From positions 1 through 53,835 of the forward strand of contig JBGOXZ010000001.1 of NCBI GenBank assembly GCA_041479395.1: a stretch of 53,835 nt of DNA. Direction: 5' to 3'. Positions 18,972-26,750 of this stretch are shown here, in pieces. The notes below the pieces were generated by a model. It was not told where the DNA came from. It saw only the letters and a list, made by a program, of their open reading frames with translations, and searched no databases. The translations under genes and the position numbers were made by a program. Every line of letters begins with the position of its first letter. The stretch's first letter is position 1. Origin of the DNA: Opitutaceae bacterium. Lineage in GTDB: Bacteria > Verrucomicrobiota > Verrucomicrobiia > Opitutales > Opitutaceae.

Positions 18972-19125
18972 CCTGAACGCGGAAGGCGACAAATAGAAAA
19001 ACATTGTCATCAGGAGCGGCTCGGCTGCATGTTTTCGTGTCCCTGCCCTGCGATTTGCACTAAACCAATCTCATAACACCGCCGCATCCGCGGCCGTCTG
19101 AGCTTCTTACCCGGCCTCCCCTGCC

Positions 19126-20166
19126 ATGCTGCTGCGCAGATCCCGAAGTGGAGTGGTCATAGAAATCAACCCTTACCGCGTGCTTATGGCGCGTTTGGGG
19201 CGCCTCGGCGGCGATGCCGTGCACATCGAACAGGTGGTCGAGCATTCGGCAGACGATCTGGACGGCGTCAGCCGCGAATTGCGCGCCCTCTTGCCCGAGC
19301 ACAAGACCTATGTGCCGGGCATCTGCGGCATCTTCCCGCCCACACGATTGCTGCAGCGTGAGGAAATCAATCCCAAGAAGCTCGCGGAGCCAGACTACCT
19401 GCCCACCCTGCTGGCCAACCAATACAAAATCGCCGCCGAAAAATGGCGCATCGCCCTCGTCAGCCCTTTTGACGGCAATCCCTTCGATGCCGAACACCCC
19501 CCCATCAAGGACGTGCTCCTGTGCGGCGAGGCCGCGGAGGAGCTTCTCGGCGCCCAGCGCCGCTTCCTGAGCCTGGGGGTGCATCCCCGGCGGATGGAAA
19601 TCTCATCGCTGCCCGTCCTCGGCGGCGTGCAGAGTTATCAGGCCATGATTGGAGATTCCCAGCCGGCCGCGGTAGTTGAAATTGATCTCCACCGCACCTA
19701 CGTGTTCATCTTGGGCAAGAACGGGGTCCACACCCCCGCGCCGCTGGAATTCGGCTTCAATGCCCTTGCCGAGATCACGCGCAAGGAATTGAACATCGAA
19801 GACACGGCGACCGCCCGCGCCCGCCTGCTCGCCGGTGAGGCCGACATCGTGGCGCGATCGCCGCGTCTCCTCCGCCAGCTGGTGCGCAATCTCAAGCCCG
19901 CCATCGACTACTTCGAACTGCAAACCGGCCAGCGAGTGAACGATCTCTACTGCACCTTCCTGCCGCCCGGTCTCACCTGGCTGGCCCAGTCGGTCGCCGC
20001 TTCGATCGAAATGCGAGTGCTCGCGGTCGATTGCGCCGCGTGGCTCACGGCGCTGGGCATCACCTTCGGCAGCGACATTCCCGCCCGGCTCGGCCCGCAT
20101 TGGCTGAGCCTATTCAGTCTCATCGCCGGACTCGGCCCGGCTTCCCATGCCAAGAAAACCGACTGA
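19126..20166 (+). CDS. PilM / GspL-cytoplasmic-domain-like platform protein (actin-like fold inferred)
   Basis: 346 aa with no TM segment. The call rests on its position upstream of PilN/O/P-like genes and its size. The N-terminal strand VVIEINPYRVLMARL sits where PilM has GLDIGSSS. Confidence 0.45.
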   Translation: MLLRRSRSGVVIEINPYRVLMARLGRLGGDAVHIEQVVEHSADDLDGVSRELRALLPEHKTYVPGICGIFPPTRLLQREEINPKKLAEPDYLPTLLANQYKIAAEKWRIALVSPFDGNPFDAEHPPIKDVLLCGEAAEELLGAQRRFLSLGVHPRRMEISSLPVLGGVQSYQAMIGDSQPAAVVEIDLHRTYVFILGKNGVHTPAPLEFGFNALAEITRKELNIEDTATARARLLAGEADIVARSPRLLRQLVRNLKPAIDYFELQTGQRVNDLYCTFLPPGLTWLAQSVAASIEMRVLAVDCAAWLTALGITFGSDIPARLGPHWLSLFSLIAGLGPASHAKKTD

Positions 20167-20752
20167 GTTTGATCTTGAGCCCAACTGGCACCTCGATTTT
20201 CGCGATGTCGCAAGCATGCCCGAGGATCGCGTGGTGCGCGTGCGTTTCCTCGTCAACACCTGCGCCGGCGCCTTGACTCTCATCCTGCTCACGATCGTCG
20301 GCTGGCAGCTTCTGGCGCGCCACGGCGTCGTGGCCCGGCTCCGTTTCTGGGACGAGCAGGTCGCCCTGCACCGCCGGGAGTACAGCGAGCAGCAATTGGA
20401 GGTGCGGGACTATATGACCGAGGCAGGCAAGATCAAGGACGCCTACGATCTCATCTATTCCCCCTTCGTCCCCTCCGAATTTGTCCTCACCATTGGTCGC
20501 ACGATCCCCGATCGGATGACCATCGACATGATCGGGTACGCCGCCGGTGTCGTCACCCTCCGCGGCAGTCTGGCGGAATCACCGGAACAGGCCAGCCGTG
20601 TGCTCGGCCGCTTCATTGAAACCCTGCGGAGCGATGCGCAGATCAGAGCGCTGTTCGCCGACATCTCCGCCTCCAGCCTGGACCGCGCCAAACAGGGCGA
20701 TCTGTTCAATTTCGAGATCGTGCTCAAGCCCCCGTCGGCTCCCCCCGCATGA
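20147..20752 (+). CDS. PilN-like bitopic inner-membrane protein
   Basis: Short cytoplasmic N-terminus, a single TM (CAGALTLILLTIVGWQLL), a coiled-coil segment, then an alpha/beta domain. Overlaps the upstream gene by 20 nt. Confidence 0.5.
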   Translation: MPRKPTEFDLEPNWHLDFRDVASMPEDRVVRVRFLVNTCAGALTLILLTIVGWQLLARHGVVARLRFWDEQVALHRREYSEQQLEVRDYMTEAGKIKDAYDLIYSPFVPSEFVLTIGRTIPDRMTIDMIGYAAGVVTLRGSLAESPEQASRVLGRFIETLRSDAQIRALFADISASSLDRAKQGDLFNFEIVLKPPSAPPA

Positions 20753-21312
20753 ACACCCGGATGCTGGCACAACTCGGTCGAGCGGCGTCGCGCTATCCAT
20801 TTTGCGCGACCTGCGTCATCGGATCGATTCTGCTCGCCGGCGCGAGCCTGTGGCTGCGGCTCGACTCGCACGACCTCGAAACCCGCCAGCAGGACCGCGC
20901 CCGCGACGGCGACACCATGCTCAAGCTCATCGCGCGCGGGTCGCAACTGCGGTCTGAACTCGCTACCGTGCGCGCTGCCTCGCAGCGCATCACCGAGAGC
21001 CTCGTCGTGGAGAAAAACATCCCGGAGAACTTCTGGTACTTCTACAAGATCGAACAGGACACGCAGGTCAAACTGACCGAGTTGCAGCAACGGCCGGCGG
21101 CCCTGCAGGATACGGGCGCCCCCGCCACCTACAAACGCGTGCCCTTCTCCCTCAAGCTCACCGGCACGTTCCGGCCCACCATCGCCTACCTCCAGCGCCT
21201 GGAAAATGGCCCACGCTTCGGCCGCATCAACTCGTTTCAGCTGCAACGACAGGATCCCACGACCAGCAATGTCGTTCTCCAACTCGATCTCGAACTGCTT
21301 GGCTTCCCGTGA
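20749..21312 (+). CDS. PilO/GspM-like bitopic inner-membrane protein
   Basis: Single TM (FCATCVIGSILLAGASLWL), coiled coil, then a C-terminal domain (VPFSLKLTGTFRPTIAYLQRLE). ATGA overlap with the upstream gene. Confidence 0.45.
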   Translation: MNTRMLAQLGRAASRYPFCATCVIGSILLAGASLWLRLDSHDLETRQQDRARDGDTMLKLIARGSQLRSELATVRAASQRITESLVVEKNIPENFWYFYKIEQDTQVKLTELQQRPAALQDTGAPATYKRVPFSLKLTGTFRPTIAYLQRLENGPRFGRINSFQLQRQDPTTSNVVLQLDLELLGFP

Positions 21313-21791
21313 TGCTCCGCTCCCCAGTATTCGTCCTGCTGCTTCTTTGCCTGCCGATCCTGCAGGCCGCCGAGGGTGTGGCGCCTGAAGCCAGCAGCTT
21401 CGAGCAAACCCGCGCGCGCATCGACGCCCTGCTGCAACGGCGGGATGCGCTCCCGCTGCTGCCACCCGCCCCGCGCAATCCGTTCAGCCGCCCCAATGAA
21501 CGCGCCCCCGCCAATCTGGACGCGTTGGCCGGGACTGGTGCCGCCAAGCGCGCCGCCCTCTCGGATCGCGAACTGCTCGAGCGACTCGCCCCGGCGGTCC
21601 AGGTTCGCGGCATCCTTGAGATGGGCGGGCATCCCGCGATCATCATCGGCCGCAAACCCTTCGGCGAAGGCGACACGCTGTCGATTAGCTACGGTGCGAC
21701 CACGCTCGAAGTCAGGATCAACCGCATCACGAACGACACGTTCACGCTCGGCTACAAGGATGCCGAGCTGACCCTGCGCCTGCCACGCTAA
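21309..21791 (+). CDS. PilP / GspC-HR-like periplasmic protein
   Basis: Signal peptide MMLRSPVFVLLLLCLPILQAAEG, a Pro-rich linker, then a C-terminal beta domain (VQVRGILEMGGHPAIIIGRKPFGEGDTL). ATGA overlap with the upstream gene. Confidence 0.4.
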   Translation: MMLRSPVFVLLLLCLPILQAAEGVAPEASSFEQTRARIDALLQRRDALPLLPPAPRNPFSRPNERAPANLDALAGTGAAKRAALSDRELLERLAPAVQVRGILEMGGHPAIIIGRKPFGEGDTLSISYGATTLEVRINRITNDTFTLGYKDAELTLRLPR

Positions 21792-21914
21792 GCGCCCGAG
21801 CCTTGGGCTCTGCCTGCTTGTTCCGCAGCATTGCCGTGGGACGGCCGCTGGTCAGCACCCATCGCCCGGGGGCTCCTTCCCGGCGTATAGCCAGATGCGC
21901 CGACGCCGGGACGA

Positions 21915-22511
21915 TCATGTCCCACGGATGTCAGTCTGGCTGAGCCGTGCGACTACCGCCGGCAGAAGCGCGTGCTCGGCGGCGTGCACCTTGGCTTCGA
22001 GCGTTTCCATCGTGTCCCCGGGCTCGATGCGCACCGCCCGCTGGTCGATGATCGGTCCTCCATCCACCTCCGAAGTCACGTAGTGCACGGTGCAACCGGT
22101 CACCTTCACGCCTCGCCGCCACGCTTGGCTGATGGCGTCTAGTCCGGGGAAACTCGGCAGCAAGCTCGGGTGCAGGTTGATGATCGTCCGGGGAAACGCA
22201 TCGAGAAACCTCGGCTTGAGGATGCGCATGAAGCCCGCGAGGACAACGAGTCCGGGCTCGCACGCCCGGATGGCCTCGATGTAGCGCACCTCAGCCGCTT
22301 CGTCGAACTTGGTCTTGAACGGCCCCGGATCGAGAAATCGCGCGGGTACGCCGAATTGGGCACCCAATTCCAAAATGCGCGCATCCGGCCGGTCGGACAG
22401 TATCTCCGCCACGCGGGCGCAGCCCAGCTCCCCTGCCTGTTGCGCGCGGAGGATCGCCTCGGCATTGCTGCCGCGACCGGAGCCGAGAATGACCACGCGC
22501 ATAGACGTCAT
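21915..22511 (-). CDS. purN: phosphoribosylglycinamide formyltransferase
   Basis: MRVVILGSGRGSN, IINLHPSLLPSFPG, HYVTSEVDGGPII. Confidence 0.9.
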   Translation of the reverse strand: MTSMRVVILGSGRGSNAEAILRAQQAGELGCARVAEILSDRPDARILELGAQFGVPARFLDPGPFKTKFDEAAEVRYIEAIRACEPGLVVLAGFMRILKPRFLDAFPRTIINLHPSLLPSFPGLDAISQAWRRGVKVTGCTVHYVTSEVDGGPIIDQRAVRIEPGDTMETLEAKVHAAEHALLPAVVARLSQTDIRGT

Positions 22512-23014
22512 ATGCCGCCCGCCGCCCGGATCTTTGCGATCAGTGCGGTCGTGCTGAATCCGGGCAGGAACGGCAGAAACATGATGCGCGCCCCCACCTG
22601 GGCGAGAGCGGCGCGTTCGGCCGGATCCAGCGTTTCCAGCGTGTAGTCACCCGCCTTCACGTAAATGTCGGGCTGCAGGACCTTGATCTCCCGCGTAAGC
22701 CGTGGGCGATTGAAAATCACGATGCCGTCGACCGATTTGAGCTGGGCGAGATTGTACGCCCGGGATTTTTCATCGAGGATCGGGCGCCGCGGACCCTTGA
22801 GTCGCTTCACGCTCTGATCGGAGTTCAGCGCCACAAACAGCCGGCCGCGGCTGCCCGCCAGTCTCCGGGCCTGCTCGAGATAAGCCGTGTGGCCGGGATG
22901 CAGCAGGTCGAACACGCCATTGGTGAGCACAAGTTTCCCGTGCGCGCGCCGCAATCGCTGTCGCGCCGCAGCCGCCTGTCGGAGGGTCATCAACCTGGCA
23001 TTCTTCAGATTCAT
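22508..23014 (-). CDS. hldC: D-glycero-beta-D-manno-heptose 1-phosphate adenylyltransferase (stand-alone RfaE domain II, cytidylyltransferase fold)
   Basis: KLVLTNGVFDLLHPGHTAYLEQAR, VALNSDQSVKRLKGPRRPI, VKAGDY. The stop overlaps the purN ATG (ATGA). Confidence 0.8.
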   Translation of the reverse strand: MNLKNARLMTLRQAAAARQRLRRAHGKLVLTNGVFDLLHPGHTAYLEQARRLAGSRGRLFVALNSDQSVKRLKGPRRPILDEKSRAYNLAQLKSVDGIVIFNRPRLTREIKVLQPDIYVKAGDYTLETLDPAERAALAQVGARIMFLPFLPGFSTTALIAKIRAAGGI

Positions 23015-23029
23015 GATGCGGGCGTGGGT

Positions 23030-24163
23030 TCAGAAGAACTTTTTGGCTTTCTCGAAGAAGTTCCGCCCCACCGGCTCTTCGGCGTCGCCACAGGCGATCG
23101 CGAAGTCCTCCAGTTTCTTGCGCTGCTCGACGGTGAGATGCGCCGGCACCTCCACCTGCGCGCGCACCAGCTGGTCGCCGGCATGGCCGGAACGCAACCC
23201 GGGCATGCCGCGACCCTTGAGTCGGAAGGTCGTGCCCCCCTGCGTGCCGGCCGGGATCTTGAGCGACGCCTTGCCGGAAAGCGTGGGCACTTCGATCGTG
23301 CCACCGAGCGCCGCCAGCGTGAACTTGATCGGAATTTCGCAGAACAGGTCGTTTCCCTGACGTTCGAAGATCTCGTGGTCCTTGACGTGGATGACGATGT
23401 AGAGATCGCCCGGCCGGCCGCCGGCCACACCCGCTTCGCCGTTGCCGGCGGAACGCAGCTTGGAGTCCGTGTCGACGCCGGAGGGAATGCGCACGTTGAG
23501 CTTGGCGGTCTTGCTGCTCCGGCCCTCTCCCCGGCATTCGCGGCACGGCCGCTCGATGCGCGTGCCGCTGCCGTGACAGGTCGGACACACCTGGCGGACC
23601 GTGAAGAATCCGCGCGACGTTGTCACCTGCCCGGCGCCCCGGCAGGTCGGACAGGTCATGCGGCTCGACCCCGGCTCCGCACCCGAGCCGTTGCAGTGGT
23701 CGCAAACGGCGAGCTTGCGAAACGAAATCTCCTTCTCCACCCCACGCGCCGCCTCCTCGAGCGTGATCTCGATGTCATAGCGCAGGTCGGCGCCATCGCG
23801 CGCCCCGTCGCCGCCGCTCCCTCCGAAGAACTCCTCGAAGATGCTACTGCCGCCGCCGCCAAACACCTCGCGGAAAATGTCGAACGGATCGTGAAACCCT
23901 CCCGCCGGTCCGCCCGCGCCGCGCGGCCCCGCCCCTTGCGAGAACGCCGCGTGCCCAAACCGGTCGTAGGCGGCGCGTTTGTCGGCATCCTTGAGGACTT
24001 CGTAAGCCTCGGAGACTTTCTTGAACATTTCCTCGGCCTGCTTGTTGCCGGGGTTTTTGTCGGGATGATACTGAACCGCCTTCTTGCGATAGGCTTTCTT
24101 TATCTCCTCCTCCGAGGCATCCCGGCTCACGCCGAGCAGTTCATAATAGTCTTCCTTGGCCAT
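23030..24163 (-). CDS. dnaJ: molecular chaperone DnaJ
   Basis: J domain with YHPDKNPG, a Gly-rich linker, and four CxxCxGxG zinc motifs ([32 protein letters not shown]). Confidence 0.95.
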   Translation of the reverse strand: MAKEDYYELLGVSRDASEEEIKKAYRKKAVQYHPDKNPGNKQAEEMFKKVSEAYEVLKDADKRAAYDRFGHAAFSQGAGPRGAGGPAGGFHDPFDIFREVFGGGGSSIFEEFFGGSGGDGARDGADLRYDIEITLEEAARGVEKEISFRKLAVCDHCNGSGAEPGSSRMTCPTCRGAGQVTTSRGFFTVRQVCPTCHGSGTRIERPCRECRGEGRSSKTAKLNVRIPSGVDTDSKLRSAGNGEAGVAGGRPGDLYIVIHVKDHEIFERQGNDLFCEIPIKFTLAALGGTIEVPTLSGKASLKIPAGTQGGTTFRLKGRGMPGLRSGHAGDQLVRAQVEVPAHLTVEQRKKLEDFAIACGDAEEPVGRNFFEKAKKFF

Positions 24164-24260
24164 GATACTTGTAGGTGGCAGCCTGCTTGCCGACGATCTG
24201 ACGTCGTTCGCAGCCGTCCGTCATCGTTAACGCGCAGACGGCGGTTTGCTGCAACGCATT

Positions 24261-24902
24261 TCAGCCCTTCGCCTCCTTCGCCGGGCCGCTGGATAATATC
24301 ACGCTCGCGGGCCGCAGCAACCGGCCGTGAAAGGTGTAACCGACGCGGACCACCTGCAGCACATGTTCCTCGGGCACATCGGGACTCGGCTGATGGGATA
24401 GTGACTCGTGGAGATGTGGATCAAATTTCTGCCCGACGGGGTCCACCGCCTTCAGGCCGTGACGGCCCAGCACGCCCTTGAACTGCTCGAGCACCATCGC
24501 GATGCCGTCGGTCATGGTCTTGGCGTCCGCTTGCTGGCGCGCAGCCGCCAAGCCGAGTTGCAGGTTGTCGAGCACCGGGAGCAGATGCTGCAAAAGGTTC
24601 ACGGCGGCAAATTGCCGCAATTCATCTTTCTCGCGGGTCACGCGTCGCCGGAAATTTTCGAGATCGGCCACGGCACGCAGGTAGCGATCATAGTTGTCGG
24701 CCGCCTCCTTCTTCGCCGCCGCCAGCTGCTCCTCCAGCGAAGGCTGGGCTGGCTCGGACGCCGGAGCGGCCGCAGCAGCGCCGGCGGCGGGGGTTTCACC
24801 CGGCTGGTTTTCGGATCCCACAGCGGCGGCTGGGCCGTTCCTTGTGGCGGCGGGGCCCTGGCCGGACTGGGCAAGCGTGTCCTGCGGATCGGATGCGGTC
24901 AT
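24261..24902 (-). CDS. grpE: nucleotide exchange factor GrpE
   Basis: YLRAVADLENFRRRVTREK, plus the C-terminal beta domain VLQVVRVGYTFHGRLLRPASV. The ATG at 24902 is preferred over the TTG at 24914. Confidence 0.9.
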   Translation of the reverse strand: MTASDPQDTLAQSGQGPAATRNGPAAAVGSENQPGETPAAGAAAAAPASEPAQPSLEEQLAAAKKEAADNYDRYLRAVADLENFRRRVTREKDELRQFAAVNLLQHLLPVLDNLQLGLAAARQQADAKTMTDGIAMVLEQFKGVLGRHGLKAVDPVGQKFDPHLHESLSHQPSPDVPEEHVLQVVRVGYTFHGRLLRPASVILSSGPAKEAKG

Positions 24903-24919
24903 GGGAAACGACAAGTAGA

Positions 24920-25690
24920 CTATTTCTTCAGGGTTTTCTCAAGTGCTTCGAAGAACCCTTTCACAGCCTCGCTGGTCTTGCGACCCGTTTCCTTGACCGT
25001 GTCACTGGCGGCACGCAGGGTCGCCCCGGCATCAGGCAGTATGCTGCCGATGGCACCGGTGACGGGGGCAAGGAGGTCGGCGAGCGGCGCAGTCAGCTGC
25101 TTCGCGCTCGTGACGTTCTCGTAGGTGTGGCTGAAGTTGAGATCGAATTCACGCACGTCCGGCGTGCGCCGCGAGTAATCGGCGATCACCAGCCGGTCAA
25201 AACGGATCTGCAGGCGCCGGATAAGAAACTCGCGCTCCTTTTTGACCTCTGCCGGCGGCTGGCGTTGGTCGCGGGACGATCCGGCCAGTCCCTGCTCAAA
25301 TACCTTCGCGTTGATCAGGCCGCGCTCATCCTTCACCAGCGAGATGCCCGCTACATCGAGCACCGCGTCGTCGATCACCGGGCGCCGACCGAACAGGGAA
25401 AACAATCGCGCGTCGGCGCGAAACTCGCGCACGTCAACAAAGTCCTTCCGCGGGAACGCGGGCGGGTTGGTGATGACCAGCCCGTGCAGCGCCACGTTCG
25501 CCGTGAGAGGGTTGAGATAGAGTGTCTGGATCTCGATGTCGAAGCCCGTGCGTTCGTGCACGCATCGGGCCAGGGCCAGTGGCAGGAGCAACATCCACCC
25601 CAGCGCCAGAGAGGCAAAGACGATGGCGAGGAACAGCATCCATCTGAACCCGATGCCTCCGCGCTGTGATCCGTCGGGCAACGCGTTCAT
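24920..25690 (-). CDS. hypothetical N-terminally membrane-anchored protein (possibly AsmA/DUF748-like)
   Basis: One TM (FRWMLFLAIVFASLALGWMLLLPLAL) followed by about 210 soluble residues. Wedged between manA (7-nt gap) and grpE (17-nt gap). The family assignment is only a guess. Confidence 0.5.
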   Translation of the reverse strand: MNALPDGSQRGGIGFRWMLFLAIVFASLALGWMLLLPLALARCVHERTGFDIEIQTLYLNPLTANVALHGLVITNPPAFPRKDFVDVREFRADARLFSLFGRRPVIDDAVLDVAGISLVKDERGLINAKVFEQGLAGSSRDQRQPPAEVKKEREFLIRRLQIRFDRLVIADYSRRTPDVREFDLNFSHTYENVTSAKQLTAPLADLLAPVTGAIGSILPDAGATLRAASDTVKETGRKTSEAVKGFFEALEKTLKK

Positions 25691-25697
25691 GACGTTC

Positions 25698-26645
25698 TCA
25701 GGTGAAGTTTTCCGTCACGAGCAGGAGACTGTCTTCGGTCGCGGTGAAGGTAAACCTGCCGGCGAATGGCAGCAGGACATTCGCGCCGCGCTCCAGCGCC
25801 TGAACCGTGGCGGTCTCCTGCACGCCTCCCCACACCACGTGCAGCAGCCGCGGTTGTTGACCGGCGGCAAATGCCAGCTGTTCACCGCGGGCCAGCGGCG
25901 TGCGCCGGAGGCGGAATTCGGCGCCGTCGGCCAGCACGGCGGGGGTGGCTGCGGCGCGCAGCGGCTGTGGCTGCGGCTGCCCCCAGAGAATCGAGGCCAG
26001 CGCTTCGCGCAGATGCAGCTGGCGCGGCTTGCCGTCCAAGCCGGTGCGGCCCCAGTCATAAACGCGGTAGGTGGTGTCGGAGTTCTGCTGAATTTCGAGG
26101 ATCAAGTTCCCGGCATCGATGGCGTGCACGGTACCGCTGCGCACGAGAATCGAATCGCCCGCCGCCACGGGAAATCGGTTGACACATGTCTCCAACCTGC
26201 CGTCGGCGAGGGCGCGTTCAAACTCGGCTCGTGTCACGCCTTGCCGCAACCCCACGATGAGTGACGCCTCGGGCGCGGCCTCGGCAATGAACCAGTTTTC
26301 GGTCTTGGGCTCACCCCCCAGCGCCGGCGCTTTGTCGGCGGGCGGGTGCACCTGCAGGCTCAGGCGTTCGCGGCAATCGAGCCATTTCACCAAGATTGGG
26401 AACGGCCGCTCCACCGGCCACCGGGGCCCCATCACCTCCCGGCCGTGAACCGCGATCAATTTGCGCAGCGTGGCGCCGGCATATGGTCCGTCGCACACCA
26501 CCGCTTGTGCCTCCGGCCGGTCGACGATCTCCCAGCTTTCGCCGATCGCGCGCCCGACCGGAAGCACGCGGCCGAACGCGGCCGCCAGTGCCCGGCCGCC
26601 CCATACGCGTTCCTGATAGATGGGCTCGAATCGCAAGATCTCCAT
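25698..26645 (-). CDS. manA: type I phosphomannose isomerase (cupin)
   Basis: N-terminal FEPIYQERVWGG, GESWEI, LSLQVHP and VHAIDAGNLILEIQQNSDTTYRVYDWGR. Confidence 0.8.
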   Translation of the reverse strand: MEILRFEPIYQERVWGGRALAAAFGRVLPVGRAIGESWEIVDRPEAQAVVCDGPYAGATLRKLIAVHGREVMGPRWPVERPFPILVKWLDCRERLSLQVHPPADKAPALGGEPKTENWFIAEAAPEASLIVGLRQGVTRAEFERALADGRLETCVNRFPVAAGDSILVRSGTVHAIDAGNLILEIQQNSDTTYRVYDWGRTGLDGKPRQLHLREALASILWGQPQPQPLRAAATPAVLADGAEFRLRRTPLARGEQLAFAAGQQPRLLHVVWGGVQETATVQALERGANVLLPFAGRFTFTATEDSLLLVTENFT

Positions 26646-26750
26646 GATACAGTACTTATGAGTTAATCGTGAAAATGGACCCCAGTTATTTACATTGACG
26701 GTCCGAGCCGGTAGCGTGGACTTTCAGTCGGAGTATTTGCCGTTACACAA

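Noticed and set aside
22889-24481. 530-aa plus-strand ORF across hldC, dnaJ and grpE.
   Set aside because: Antisense to three motif-verified genes, with an Arg/Ala/Gly-rich product and no motifs.
26646-26750. CIRCE heat-shock operator upstream of the manA-grpE-dnaJ array (also checked 24903-24919 and 24164-24260).
   Set aside because: No TTAGCACTC-N9-GAGTGCTAA-like inverted repeat is present.
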